Part shown: positions 48,662 to 61,960 of the stretch, piece after piece
Layout of the letters: every line of letters starts with the position of its first letter
Numbering within the stretch: position 1 is the stretch's first letter
Program-made: the position numbers and the translations under genes
Notes under the pieces: generated by a model
Told to the model about the DNA's origin: nothing
Databases searched by the model: none
What the model saw: the letters and a program-made list of their open reading frames with translations, nothing else
Assembly: GCA_964016885.1 (NCBI GenBank)
Contig: OZ024740.1
Location: 365,366,001-365,430,000, forward strand
Direction: 5' to 3'
Length of the DNA stretch: 64,000 nt
Source: Eledone cirrhosa
Taxonomy: Eukaryota

Positions 48662-51391
48662 TTTATTTATATATATATTTTTTCTTTATTGTTTCCTTTT
48701 TAATTTTCTTCCAGAAATATTTCTGGAAAGAAATCATATTTAAAAAAATTTAACAGCACTCTAGATTATTATAGCAATGGCTATGAAAGACTTTGCTCCT
48801 GCTTATTGTTACACCTCAAACTAATGTAGGTTTATCTTGTCTCATACAAAGTGGCATCTCATTGGAGGTTTCTCGGGTGTTTTAATGATAGTAATGTGAA
48901 AAGTAATGTGGAATGAAGTTTCTTGCTAAAAAATGCAATGTGCCACCCAGTCCAGGAATTGAACCTGCAATCTTATGATCATGGATCCAACAACCTAACC
49001 ACTACGTCACATGCCTCCACTGCTTCTCTGTATAGGAAAAAGTGGCAAACATTCTGACAATGAATTCACTAATAGTCATGGAAAAGCCATAGGTGATTCC
49101 TGCAAAAGAGTAGTGAAAAATGTTAAAGTCCCTTGCAGTTCCAAAAGGTCATTAAAAATTGCTGCTTAGGCTCAGTTTTATGACATTTATCCTTTCAATA
49201 TCAACCCACCTAAAACCACCCAAATTCTATGATGACAAATCACTTGTTTGAAAGTATTCATTCATATTTGAATTAAAAAAAAATAACATTATGGAAGAAT
49301 ATCTTTGTTAAGCTATGTATAAAATGTCAGCTTAATAATATGGTTAGTTATTTTACTAAATCTCTTCAAATTGTTGATTGTTTAGAAAATTAATTCAAAA
49401 CCATTGATAATGACAGGGTTAAGCAGATGAGATAAATTTTCCTCTAGATAAAATACAAATTTATCGCAGGTGACATTATAAAATAATGAAATAAGGTCGG
49501 TATTTATGTCTGGCAGTTAGGCAACTTTTCATTTAAGCTGTGTGGGTATGCAGGTGCACTGTCACTCTATTGATGCTGTACATATCAAAATGTTGCTGTG
49601 CAGTCGATCTGAATTTAAGATATCTTTGCTACAAAGCAAAAAACAGAGGGAATGTTACAGTTAGGTAAACTGGAGCATTTAGACTGAAAAATACAGCCTG
49701 AATACTTAAAAAAACAGCTGCAGTAGAACAAAATTTAGTATCTATGGAGTTTGATAGTTCATAATCACTCAGTTAAACAGAAAACAAATGATGTTTATGA
49801 TTACAGTAGACAAGAGAATGCCATTGCTAACTCATACACACAGACATATAGCTGAGAATTAGTTAATTCTTTCCAAACATAAAAATTCATAGAGCTGGTA
49901 AACACTAAGTGGATGAAAGATAAAATCCTTCCTCTATCAGATGCTGAAGTATTGCAGGTGACGTTTTCCATAGTAGGGATTGAACCCAGTACTTAGCTAT
50001 AGTTAAATTCTACCTTCAGTGAAAGCAAGAGAAGATAACTCCTTTTAAAGGTTTTTTTTTAGCTTAGAGGCTGATCAGGTCAAAGCTCTTCCTAGTTTTG
50101 TGAGGCATTAAGTGACTGAGAGTACAAAACCTCCTCCTAGACAGGATACCAGTCCATCACAAGATTAACCCATAGCTGTTGGTTGTACTTATTTTTGGCT
50201 AAGTGAATTGAAGCAACATGTAATGAAGTGCCCTGTTCAAGGACACAGTGTGCCACTAGGTCTTAGAGTTGACCCCCAAACCTTATAAGGGTAAGTCCAG
50301 TAGCCTAACCACTAAGCCACGTATCTTCACAGATAATTCCTACTCATGGGGAAATCCAGTGATGTAAATTTCTTCCACTTAAATGGAGACCAGAAAGAAA
50401 ATATAATTCAAACTTGTGTAGCAGAGCCAGCAGTAGGATAACAAAGAACAAATGTTTGTCAGCAATTGATATCCCCCAATTACAATAACTTACATGCTAT
50501 GCCATGTCATCAATTACTAACACGAATCATCCCAGTGAATGAGAAATCAAAACAATTCCCATTGATATATATATATATATATAAATCAATATGGATATAA
50601 TAAAAACCTGTTTAGATCATTACTCACCAGAGTACTTGATACTTGGGGTAGTAGAGGTATGGTTATATAAAAGAGTCGGGACCCCAACGGCTGAGCTCTT
50701 GCCATTTCAACAGCTAATTCTAGACTCTGGAAGAGCTCGGCCGTCGGAGTCCTGACCCTTTCATATATATATATATATATTTACATATGTGTGTGTGCAT
50801 GTCTGCGTCAACTATAAATTTTCAAATATGTTTGGCTTTTTTTCAACATTCTAACAAATGTTAGAGATCAAAAATATTATTTGGCTGATAACCAGCCCCC
50901 CAGCCCCCCTCACACAAGAATAAAAAAAATATCAGCAGAATAATTTTGTCAACAGAAATATGTAAAAAAAAAAAAAAAATTAAAAGTATAATTGTTAAAA
51001 GTTCTTCAAGATTGTATATATTACACTGTAAGCAGTTTAACTTCCACCAACAGACATCTGTAATTTCTGCCTGCTGTTGTTAACAATAATACCAAGTATT
51101 CATACTGAATGAATATCAAATATTGTATTTAAATAATGCATTTATATTATATGAATATCATATATTCATATTGTAATTGTCTGTCTGTATAACAATAACA
51201 CCAAATATTCATTATCGGTCATTTGTTTATCTCAATATAGAGAACTCCTCTTCAAAAAATACCACTGAAGATAAAATATATTTTGAAAAAAGAAAAAACC
51301 ACCCTTAGATTGTCTATAATAACATAATATTAGGAGGTGGCATCACTGCAGCATCTTTTTCCAGACAGAGACTGAGGCAACTGAACTAAGT

Positions 51392-51510
51392 TTAGTTTTT
51401 TTTTTTTTCAATTTCATCTTCAATTTCTGATTTCACATCTTGCGGTATTTCCTTTGTAATACGTTCATGAGCACAACACCGAGGGAACCATCCTCTCACT
51501 CGTGGTTGAT
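51392..51510 (-). CDS. ZDHHC6: ZDHHC6 terminal coding exon
   Basis: gtttag|AT-QPRVRGWFPRCCAHERITKEIPQDVKSEIEDEIEKKKN*. Contains the SH3 RGWFP motif and a C-terminal KKxx ER-retrieval signal. Confidence 0.93.
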
Positions 51511-52536
51511 CTAAACAGCAATCAGGAAAGAATAAAGTGAAATGGGAAGACGAAATTGAAAGAGAATAAAAAAAAAAGAGACCAATTCAGCAGTTAATGT
51601 CTTTATCAATCCCCCAAAAGAATAAAAGTAAAGTGAACATTGGCAGGATTTAAATTTGGAGTGTAGAGAGTCAGAAAAAATATATACAATGCTTCAACAA
51701 ATCTGCCTAATTAATTGACATATCCTTAAAAGGAATAAATATCTCCTGTTTGTTTTTATATACACTAGGCCAATACTCGTTGCTATGCTGCAGGTAAAAT
51801 ACACGCACACACAAACAACAAGAAAAATAACTATATGTATTATATATATACAAATAAGTGACAAATGTCATAATTGTTTTTAAAGTTTATGTTGCTTTGT
51901 CTATATGTTGAACAACATACACGTTTTTTTTCTACGTGTGTTACACTTAAAAATTCTTGGGGTCAATAAAATAAAGTACCAGTAATGCACCGGGGTAATT
52001 GCTGGCCTTGTGCCAAAAGTAGAAACAATTATATTTTCACAGTAAAGGCTTTACCTCACATAATATTGAATCTATGAGATTTTTATATTATTTATTTTGA
52101 GAATCATACCTTAACATTAGTATGAGTGGCCAGTTACTGCCAGTTTGAACAGAAAGAGGTGAGAGAATTCTGGCCAGATATGGCCAGTTTAAATAAAACT
52201 ATATTAGCAATTTTAGAGTAAAGAAATAATCAATTTGTATTTCACTGAGGTATTTAATTAAACATGCAACAGTTACTTATTCTCAGTTAGACCTCCAACT
52301 GTTATTTATTAACAGACCTCCAACAGTTACTTCCAGTTAGACCTCCAGCAGTTACTCACAGTTAGACCTGAAACAGTTACTTTCTCAGACCTCCAATAAT
52401 TACTTACTCCCAGTTATAAACCCAACAGTCACTCTGTTACACCACTAAAACAAACAACTCTTTAGCATAAAATCAAGAGTTGTTTCAGACAGGTTGGTAG
52501 CAAAATTGTTAAACATTAATTTCAAATACAACTTAC

Positions 52537-52577
52537 CTGTTTCCTCTTTAACTATTTTTGTCCCATACAACCAGTAT
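52537..52577 (-). CDS. ZDHHC6: ZDHHC6 small exon (SH3, YWLYG)
   Basis: tttcag|A-YWLYGTKIVKEET-G|gtaagt; 41 nt, phase 2-1, consistent with both neighbouring exons. Confidence 0.92.
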
Positions 52578-53227
52578 CTGAAACAATCATAGAATTCATT
52601 TAAGCTTATTTGTATTATATGTTAAGAAAATGTACTCCTTGCTTTTACTGGGTTGTTAGGGCACCATAGAAAACCTTGCTACAATAGAAACAAAGTTTTT
52701 CTGGCTGCATGTCTTGAATAAACTCTATGTAGTAACACTTTAATATGTCATCAATAAGCTCTAGTTGTGTCATGACACTTTAGTGTGCCACCAATGTCTT
52801 GGTGTGTCATAAAATGAAGTCAAATCCGATCAATTTTTATGAATATTTTGGCTATGAATTATATCTGAAATTATTATTATTTTCATTTTCCCCCTTATAT
52901 CAGCAAACTACCAGCAGACAGAAACCGAAACCCTTAGATAATATATTGTTTCCTAAGGAGGTATTGGAGTGCAGTTATCTCAGAGTTTCAGGAGAGAAGG
53001 TGATGTAATTATGATTCTTTTGTTTGTTCCTTAATTAAACTACAGGTGTAATGTGTATTGCAGGTAGGTGTGTGTATATTGGGAGCTGATGTCTGTGTGT
53101 GTGTGTATTGGGAGCAGGTGTGTGTGTGTATAAGGAGTAGGTGTGTGTGTGTGTCTAGGAAGCATTACCCAGTGTTCACATTTCTGAGGAATGGTGATGA
53201 CAGCTCCCTTAAATCTCAGTTGGAACA

Positions 53228-53670
53228 AGTAGATCTGATAATGCAAGCAACCAGATCAGATCCTGGATCAGATCCGATAATGCAGGCAGTTGGAGAGTGT
53301 TGACTAATAATAAAGACATCAGATTAGATCCCAGAACAGATTTGATAATACAAGCAGCCTGATCAGATTCGATAAGGCAGCCTGATAGTGTTGACTAACA
53401 ATAGACACCAGATCTGATGCTGGATCAGATCTGATAATACAGGTAGTCTAATAGTGTTGACTAATAATACAGACATCAGATCTGACATTGGATCAGATCC
53501 AATAATAGAAGCAGCCAGATCAGATCCTATTCCGGATCAAACTAGATCCGACAATATAGGCAGTCTAATAGTGTTGATACAGACATCAATCAGTTCCAAT
53601 AATACATGCTGCCAGATCAGATCTGATCCTGGATCAGATCCGATAATACAGGACAGTCTGATAGTGTTAT
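53228..53670. repeat. Degenerate GATC-rich tandem repeat in a ZDHHC6 intron
   Basis: Recurrent CAGATCAGATCCTGGATCAGATCCGATAATRCAG and ATAGTGTTGACTAA blocks. Confidence 0.75.
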
Positions 53671-54149
53671 GATATTTAATTGCTTATTTATTAATGTTGT
53701 AAATTTCTTGACACTCGCTAAACTTAATGTGTCATGAAAAATTACAGAGTGTATTTAAGGCTAGCCAGTTTGGTGGAGCCTAGCTCATCTCTCTCTCCAA
53801 AGATACAACTACAGCTGTTTCTACCTTGCAGTACCTATTTTCAGCTCAGTGGACTGAGCCAATAAGGCCAATATTTAATACAAGGGAGAATGAAGAGTTG
53901 GCAGAAACAGTAGAGAATTAACCTTTTACTGGTTTGGACTAAAGAAAAGGGTTATGCCTATAGCCTTCACAGGCCCTCAGAGACTGGTGTAATTGATAGA
54001 GTTAATATTCTTGAAAAATTTGGAAGTTAACAGCTAATGGGAAAACACAGACAAGAATAGTATTCATGAAGGCAGACATTCTAAGAAGAACTTGAAGAAG
54101 TGTTTAGTGGGTGATAATACAATATAATATATAGTATGGTATACATTAC

Positions 54150-54337
54150 CTTCTGCTACGAGTAACTTCAACAACATCTCCAATGTTGAGAGTAATTCTT
54201 GACTCGTCAGTACAGGGGATGTTGTAAACGACACGACAGCCTTTAGTGAATGGGAACCAGTAACCAGAGTAGTTTTGAACTATGTCAAGAAGGACAACAC
54301 GTTCTTTCTTTTGAGCCTTTTGAATGAGCTGCTCAAC
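54150..54337 (-). CDS. ZDHHC6: ZDHHC6 exon, SH3-like domain N-terminal part
   Basis: aatcag|VEQLIQKAQKKERVVLLDIVQNYSGYWFPFTKGCRVVYNIPCTDESRITLNIGDVVEVTRSR+AG|gtaatg; 188 nt, phase 0-2. Confidence 0.94.
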
Positions 54338-55016
54338 CTGATTGCATGAGAAAAAAATTATAGAATAATTTTAAATAGAGAGTTATTTAAAGAATCAAAG
54401 ACTTCCATAAGGCAATCTGAGAAAATAGAAGATGCATATTTGTTATGTTTTTTTTTACTTAGTAGGTGTGGAGGAAAGAGCAGTGCCTAAGGCCTTCAAA
54501 ACCCCTTTGAGACTAAAGAGATACAGTCAATTAAATCAACCCGGATTATGATATTTGTACTAATTTCAGTGTTGATATGGTGACATGACAAGATCTGATG
54601 AATTAACCAAAATCATCCTCCAAGAAGGCAAAGATGTCAAGAAAAAATAGGTAGATAGGAATAAACTGGTAAAATCTTTGCAACAACCCGAGTTCTGGCT
54701 CGCAATAGAGATGGATGGAAGGAGTTGGTACACTGATCTATCTTAGAGTATCCCAACAACCCTGGAGGATCAAGGGAAATATGAAGTGAAGTGAATTTCA
54801 GTGTAATAGAAAATAGCCATATAGTTAAGATAATAATCTACCAACTTGTAGATTGGGGGTTTTAATCTACAAAAGGTATTTTGTTGTTTCTCAACAGGTC
54901 ACATTCTATACTGCTTTAGTTCAATCTAGTTGGCAAGAAGAGGTACCAGATTTTTCAGAGAAAGGTCACATAAACACATTTATTAACCTGCAAATTTCCC
55001 AATTTGTAAGATTGTA

Positions 55017-55370
55017 CAGGGTGGGGCATATGTTTGGAAGCAAATAAAAATGCTTTTAATAACAAAACTAATAACTTTGTCCAGCAACACATATGTAATT
55101 ATACATAAATGTCTTTAGAATATAATGTATAGAGTTTATTCAAAATGACCCCCTTGTGTAGCAATAATAGCTTCTAACCTCGAACATCTTTCACCGAAGC
55201 ACGCAACATTTCTTGGGGAATTTCTTTCCAAGTGCTCAGTAAAGATGCCTTTAAATCATTGACTGTCTTATGGACTTTTGTTTCAAGGATAGATCATACT
55301 GAAAAGTCCATAGGGTTCAAATCAGGCAAACAAGGAGGCCACATTTCTTTTGACCTGAACCTGGACATTC
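55017..55370 (-). mobile_element. Tc1/mariner-superfamily 3' fragment
   Basis: KEMWPPCLPDLNPMDFSV*SILETKV (WPPxSPDLNPxD motif). Terminus TA-CAGGGTG at 55015-55023. Confidence 0.75.
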
Positions 55371-55680
55371 ATACTGACGTTAAGGTATTATTCTCAAAAT
55401 AAATAGCATCAATATCTCACAGATTCGATATAATGTGAGATAAAGTCTTTACCACAAAAATACAATAGTATATATAGAGTAATGTAAATGCTAAAGGGTT
55501 AAGTGCTATTTCATTTTAACAAAGTTGACCTCAGCAAGATTTGAACACGTAGAGCAGAGAGCTAGAACAGGTGATGTGATGCTACACCAGCTGCCTGTTG
55601 ACAGAGATGGAAAGGATGGTCATAATTAGTGACAACAAAATAGTAACTGCAATAACACTAAGAGCAATAATATCACCTAC

Positions 55681-55842
55681 CGTTAATGTGTATTGACTAC
55701 AGGAATCGGTGACAGGCCAAGAGATACCATTGGAATTGATTTTGTCAGTTGGATAGAAAACAAGTTTAAAATTATTTTTCCAACCTAAATTGTAAGGATA
55801 CACAAATTCAGATTCTGCAGGGAATCTTTCACGAGCTTTTGC
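55681..55842 (-). CDS. ZDHHC6: ZDHHC6 exon with PaCCT-like motif
   Basis: taacag|AKARERFPAESEFVYPYNLGWKNNFKLVFYPTDKINSNGISWPVTDSCSQYTLT|gtaggt; 162 nt, phase 0-0. Confidence 0.94.
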
Positions 55843-55905
55843 CTGTTAAAAGAAGAAAAGGAGGAGTGATGGTCATTTTTTGAAAAACATAAAATCAATT
55901 TGTGA

Positions 55906-55938
<33 letters not shown>

Positions 55939-56056
55939 AACAAACATATATATCAGAAAAAATGGACAATAAACCGTGACGATGATGATAATGAACATAC
56001 ATGAGCCTGTGCGAATGTGTGTGTGTGTATGTGCATGTGTGTATATATATATATAT

Positions 56057-56395
56057 GGAGGCACATGGTTTAATGGTTAGAGCATTGGGCAATCGAAAGG
56101 TTGTGAGTTCAATTCTCAGACCGAGTGATGTGTTGTTTCCTTGAGCAAGACACTTTATTTCACATTGCTCCAGTTTACTCAGCTGTAGAAATGAGATGAT
56201 AGGGACTGGGGTCCATATCATTCTGCTGCAAAGTGGTCGTGGAGGTGCCACGGCAAAAAAGCACCAAGCACTCACTGTAAATGAGGTTGGTGTTAGGAAG
56301 GGCATCCAGCTGTAGAAATCAAGCCAGAATCAGTTCCCGTCCCACCCTTGCAAGCAGGGAAAAGTGGACGTAAAATGAAATGAAAATGAATGAAT
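56057..56395 (+). mobile_element. Family-1 SINE in a ZDHHC6 intron
   Basis: Near-identical to 4417-4751. Confidence 0.85.
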
Positions 56396-57090
56396 GTATA
56401 GAAATTTCGTATTTCTTTCGAAATACGATTTTAGGAAGCTGTAGCTATGCGAACACTGTTGTCCAGCAGAAGCAAGGGGGACAACCGTCTATGCATTTCA
56501 GGCTTGACTGATATATATATATCCACATACAGGAGGAAGAATACTTGGGGAAGGGAGTGGGAGATTATTCTGGTTCTGAAATAAAGAAGAAAGTTCACAT
56601 GGTTGTCTGAAGATAAACGGTGGATTCTTATTGATATTTAGAGTTGCTCCAGCATTGTAGTTCATCTGTAATACAAACAACCAAGCTCATAACAACGATA
56701 GTAGTAGTAGTTATTGTGATAGACGATGAGTTAAGAGTTAAGACATTTGTGCTGCAGCGGTTTGATTAGTTTATGATTCTAAGGTGGTGAGTGAGAGAGA
56801 AAATGAGAGATGAGTCACAGGCACCAATCACACAAGAGCTATTAAAGATGTGCTGGAAGTTCATTTGTAGATAAATGGAGTGAGAGAGAAAAATATGATG
56901 TTAAAGAAATGTCTAAATATTATTTATAATAGATAGAGCAAAACAGAGAATAATGACCTGAAGTGATATGTATTTTGAATGGAACACACCTAGTTATATA
57001 TATATATATATTAGTTGTACTTGCTGAATTTAAAGTATGTAAAATGCTTTCTTTTATCTTCAACTAGGTGTGTTCCATTCAAAATACATA

Positions 57091-58001
57091 TCTATATATA
57101 TATAACTGAGGATGTCTGTCTGTGTGTGAGTTTGAATCCCTAAAACTCGAGAACCACCAAACCGACTGTTTTCAAACTTTACACATGTAATACTTATGTT
57201 TCAGGGAGTGTTCTGAGCAAAAACAATTTCAAATTTTCAATGCCCTAGGGACCGCATTAGGCGATTTAGCGATGTCTCTCTATAATTCTTAGTCTTTCTC
57301 TTTTTAGATAGATACATACATATAACGTCGCGCCCTTATAATATCTGTCTGTATGTCTAGCTGCCTGCATTACGTCACTTCCCTGAGGATGTCTGTCTCT
57401 GTGTGTGTGTCTGTGAGTTTGAATCCCTAAAACTCGAGAAGTATCAAACCGACTTTTTTCAAACTTTACATGTGTATTACTTATGTTTGAGAGAGTGTTA
57501 TGCACATAAAAAATTCAACTTTTTGATCTCCTAGGTCCCGCATTAGTTGAAAAACTGCGTTTTTTAAGCTTTTTAGGGGTTTTTTGAGGCATTACGTCAG
57601 ACCGATTTCCTTGAAATTGTAACTATATATTAGTCAGTCTCTTCTTCATACCGTGAGCAAAGAAAATCCAACTTTTTTATGGCCTAGGGCCCGCCCGCAT
57701 TAGGTGAAAAACTTCCTTTTTTCAGCTTTTTAGGGCTTTTTTGAGGCGTTAAATCTAGCCGATTTTCCCGAAATTTCAAGGTATATTATGCACATAAAAA
57801 AAATTAATTTTCTTGATCCCCTAGGGCCTGCATTAGGTGAAAACCTGCATTTTTCCTGCTTCATCGAAGAAAATCTTAAAGATTATCGAGCCATCAGAGT
57901 ATTCGGTTTATTTTCTTTACATATTGTCCAGGCATGCAGTTTTTCCACGATTAGGCCTTGCAAAATACCTTATCCTGTGCAACGCCGGGTACCACTGCTA
58001 G
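57091..58001 (+). mobile_element. Non-autonomous Helitron
   Basis: A|TC(TA)n 5' end; internal GTCTGTCTGT and duplicated blocks; 3' hairpin CCTGTGCAACGCCGGG followed by CTAG|T; no TSD. Confidence 0.72.
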
Positions 58002-58013
58002 TATTTACATATA

Positions 58014-58368
58014 TGGCCTAGCAATCGAAAGGTTGTGAGTTCAATTCTCAGACCGGGTGATGTGTTGTTTCCTTGAGCAAGACACTTTATTTCACATTGC
58101 TCCAGTTTACTCAGCTGTAGAAATGAGATGATAGGACTGGGGTCCCTATCATTCCACTGCAAAGTGGTCGTGGAGGTGCCACGGCAAAAAAGTACCCAGC
58201 CCACACTGTAAAGTGGACGTGTAGGCGCCACGGAAAAAAAGCACCCAGCACTCACTGTAAATGAGGTTGGTGTTAGGAAGGGCATCCAGCTGTAGAAATC
58301 AAGCCAGACCCAGTTCCCGTCCCACCCTTGCAAGCAGGGAAAAGCGGACGTAAAATGATGATGATGAT
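58014..58368 (+). mobile_element. Family-1 SINE, 5'-truncated, with an extra tail repeat unit
   Basis: Matches family 1 but has two CCCAGC.C.CACTGTAAA units. Confidence 0.82.
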
Positions 58369-58552
58369 ACGTATATATATATAATATTGATAGGTTTCGG
58401 CCAGTATTGGCCCAGGCCATGTTTAACTTAATAGCACCACCTGGCGAATTCTTTCAAATCAGGATTTGGACACCATGGCCCATTCAAGTAGAGAGTTATT
58501 GCTTATGGGTGTAACCCGCCTGTCCCCTCAATCTATCTTATTTCTCATTCTT

Positions 58553-58588
58553 TCTTTTGATGACAGACTAGTGTCTGAAACGTTAAGA
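58553..58588 (+). ncRNA. Decayed minimal hammerhead (family of 9898-9933)
   Basis: TCTT-TTGATGA-C-AGAC(TAGT)GTCT-GAAACGTT-AAGA; core C3 has become T. Confidence 0.55.
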
Positions 58589-58689
58589 CCCTCTTCCTGC
58601 TATATCAAGCGTTAACCTAATATATCCCTTTCATATACTGTACAGATTGTGTTGTTATTTCTGTTTACCTTTTACATACACACACACAC

Positions 58690-58728
<39 letters not shown>

Positions 58729-59253
58729 TCTGTGTGTGTGTGTATTGAAGAGGTAGAATCTCTAAGGTGAGCCCTGCTGTTTCAGCTTATTACTGTTTCA
58801 CAGTTAGATTTCACAGTAATTTGGTCAGTTAATATGTAAATAAGGTGTGACATTCCATTGCAAGCAAGGAAAAGGTGACGTATGATGATGATGTATCACT
58901 TGTTCTAGCTAATAGACAATGTCTAACTGGTGGGATTGTGGTGGATCATTTTGGTGAAAGGTACCAAATGAATGTCACATTAAGGCTATTCTTAGACAGT
59001 TGAAGAGGGGGGGGGGGGTAAAGCAGAGGATGAATGGGGTAAGAAAAGGAAATTATGAACTTCCACACATAATCACCTACACACATATATTTAGATGCAC
59101 ACACACATATACATATATACATACACACACTTACATTAACACATAATTATATATACAAATATAGGAAAAAGTGCATGAGCCATATACCCACACCCAAATA
59201 TATGTGTATGCATATATTACTACATGCACATACATAGACATGCAAACGTGTGT

Positions 59254-59284
<31 letters not shown>

Positions 59285-59419
59285 CATACACACACACACA
59301 TACATATATACTTCTACATACACATACAGAAAATCATACAGACACCTATACATAAAATATACTTTCTTCATTGCCTTGTTTTTCCAGTTTACATTGCACC
59401 ATTCAAGCTGATTACTCAC

Positions 59420-59473
59420 CTTTTCAATAATCCAAGATTCAATTGCAGTTTCATTCTTGAGAACTTCGTGAAA
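59420..59473 (-). CDS. ZDHHC6: ZDHHC6 exon with TTxE-like motif
   Basis: cctcag|FHEVLKNETAIESWIIEK|gtgagt; 54 nt, phase 0-0. Matches the ZDHHC6 pattern ILRNKTSIESWIEEK. Confidence 0.93.
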
Positions 59474-60007
59474 CTGAGGAAGTAAAGTGTTCAAGAATTA
59501 GAAACAATGATTAGTGATATATCGTAGAAAAATAAAGAAACATACAATACAGTTTTTAGTCAATAAACATCTTCAATTTATCCTGTTGAAAAATACTATT
59601 TACACACTACCTAATTATGTTTATGTTTGGCATGTGTATCCCAGTTTTTAGAATAGGTACACTGTATCACTGCATGTCATATGAGGTGACCAAAATGGTT
59701 GACATCAAGAACAGTATCTGGCTTTAAAATATTGTCTGAAAACATCCTATCCAACTGATGCTAGCCTGGCAAAGTGGACATAAAAACTCATTATAGTCTA
59801 GCTTTGTTTGATGAATTTCCACAAGTTACATTTTATTCGTTTATGTATTTATATTGTGTGCATCCAATTTAGAAGAGCTACACTATATCTGTGTGTTATA
59901 AGTTACAACTAAAAGGGTTGGTATCAGGAAGGGCAATTGGCTATAAAACATTGCCTCAAAAAGAATCTCATGATGAGTATTAGGCCTGTTATGGAGCCAT
60001 ATATATG

Positions 60008-60046
<39 letters not shown>

Positions 60047-60505
60047 TCATCATCATCATCACTGTTTAACATCCATTTTTCATGCTAGCATGAGTTAAAC
60101 ATGTCCCGTTGTAGGAAAAGTCAGATCAGTTGACTGTGTCTAGCTCACACAGAACCGTTTCTGGATTGGTTTCTACAGCTGGATGCCCTTCCTAATGACA
60201 ATCACACAAAGAGAGAGAGAGAGAGTAGTTTAAGGCCAGCTGTGATCTGATGATCTAGTATTTATAGCTGAATCTGTGAAAGAAGAAAAATCTAGAATCA
60301 AAAGACCTAAAAGTTAACTTAGCAACAACTAAAGTCTGAATAAGTAGGAAGGGAAACAACTCTTCTATTAGATTTCATATTGAAATATATTTAACTTTAC
60401 AAGAGGCTTTTTATCTATTAGTCATACTTTTTTGTAAAAAAAACAAAACAACCTGACAATACTAAGACCTCCATTATACAGGTAAACTATATTGTCATGC
60501 CGTAC

Positions 60506-60637
60506 CTGAATACAAAACAACATTCCAACAGCAACAATAACTCCTATGGCAAGTCCAATTGAGAAAACAACAATAATGAATCCTAGAATGCTCAGCTGTA
60601 TCATTGGTTCACCATTCATATAATAGAGGTAATATGG
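60506..60637 (-). CDS. ZDHHC6: ZDHHC6 exon, transmembrane helix
   Basis: ttgcag|PYYLYYMNGEPMIQLSILGFIIVVFSIGLAIGVIVAVGMLFCIQ|gtacgg; 132 nt, phase 0-0. Confidence 0.93.
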
Positions 60638-60865
60638 CTGCAATGAAAGTAAAGAAATTACTTGTTATTTACATCAAACCAGGATATTATTAGTGTTTTC
60701 CTTCAACATTTTCATGCAAGTTCCTACTACACTATCAGGTGCACCTCCATCATGAAACTATACCCAACCCCACAAATAATATAAACACACAATACTGAAC
60801 AACAGGAACCCCCCCCCCCCCTCTCAAATTGCTGACCTTGTGTCTAAATTAGAAAACATCATTAT

Positions 60866-61043
60866 TTGGCAGTATCGGCAGAGGGTTGGACGCCATGCTT
60901 TGTAGCATAGTTACGTCCCTTTACAGTCTGAGTTCAAATCCCGCCGAGGTTAACTTTGCCTTTCATCCTTACGGGGTCGATAAAATAAAGTACCAGTAAT
61001 GTACTGGGTAATTGCTGGCCTTGTGCCTAAAGTAGAAACAATT
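60866..61043 (+). mobile_element. Family-2 SINE in a ZDHHC6 intron
   Basis: Same consensus as 25337-25518 and about 36726-36899. Confidence 0.8.
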
Positions 61044-61803
61044 ATTATCATTATTTCCATTATTATTTTTATTGTGCATCATTACTGCTTTACCGAGCAC
61101 AGCTCCGTGCGCCTTGGGTATGAGCAGTGTAGTTTTTGCAGATGTTGTTCTATTGTATTGATAGTACTTTTCGTAATATGTGTGCAGTGTCTAGTAGTGC
61201 TATTTTTGTATGCTGTATATATTTGTAAGTCCTGGGGTTTTGGTTATGTATTTGTCTGTGTGTTTGTTTATCATTCCTCCTACTAATGTAGGATCTGTTT
61301 CAGCTTTCATTTTCCACATTTAAGAGGCAAATCTCAGGAAGACATGGAACAAGGTCATGAAGATCAACTTAAAAACATTCACACCTCAGCTGCTGCCTCT
61401 AGATTCCCTCACAATCACACTCAAGAAGCCCATTTCCCCAACCATGCCCCCTCTAACAGCACATATTTAAAAACATGCCCTTTAGTGCTGTACTTACATA
61501 GACAGATCTGTTTCTGAGAATCAGACACATAGAATGTTTACCATCGATTACAGTAATTAGTATCGATCACCAATTATCGATTTTAGTAAACATCATTCAG
61601 ATAAAATGCATCCAGTACTCTCTGTAAAGTGGTTGCTATTAGGAAGGGCATCTAAGTGTAAAATCAATGTCAAAATATGGAAGATATAAGAAATACATGC
61701 CTATCAAACCTATCCTCTCTCAAAATATTCAACCCATTGTAGAATGTAAAATGGAATATGATGATGATATACTTATAACAATGTATCAACTAAAACAACT
61801 TAC

Positions 61804-61960
61804 ATTATTGAGCAGTTGTATAAGAGAGCCAATCAATATAAAAGCACCATGAATGCAACCACAGGGAGCAAAGAAAAGAAAATAGATGAAGTTAGCATGA
61901 TTGAGGTAGCCACAGCAGGTATTAATCCAGGGACAGTGGTGATCCATTTTCATTACACAC
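61804..61960 (-). CDS. ZDHHC6: ZDHHC6 palmitoyltransferase, DHHC catalytic exon (first exon visible in the window)
   Basis: ttccag|G-TGT... translates [52 protein letters not shown]|gtaagt; 157 nt. Closely resembles human ZDHHC6 [24 protein letters not shown] as recalled. Confidence 0.96.
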
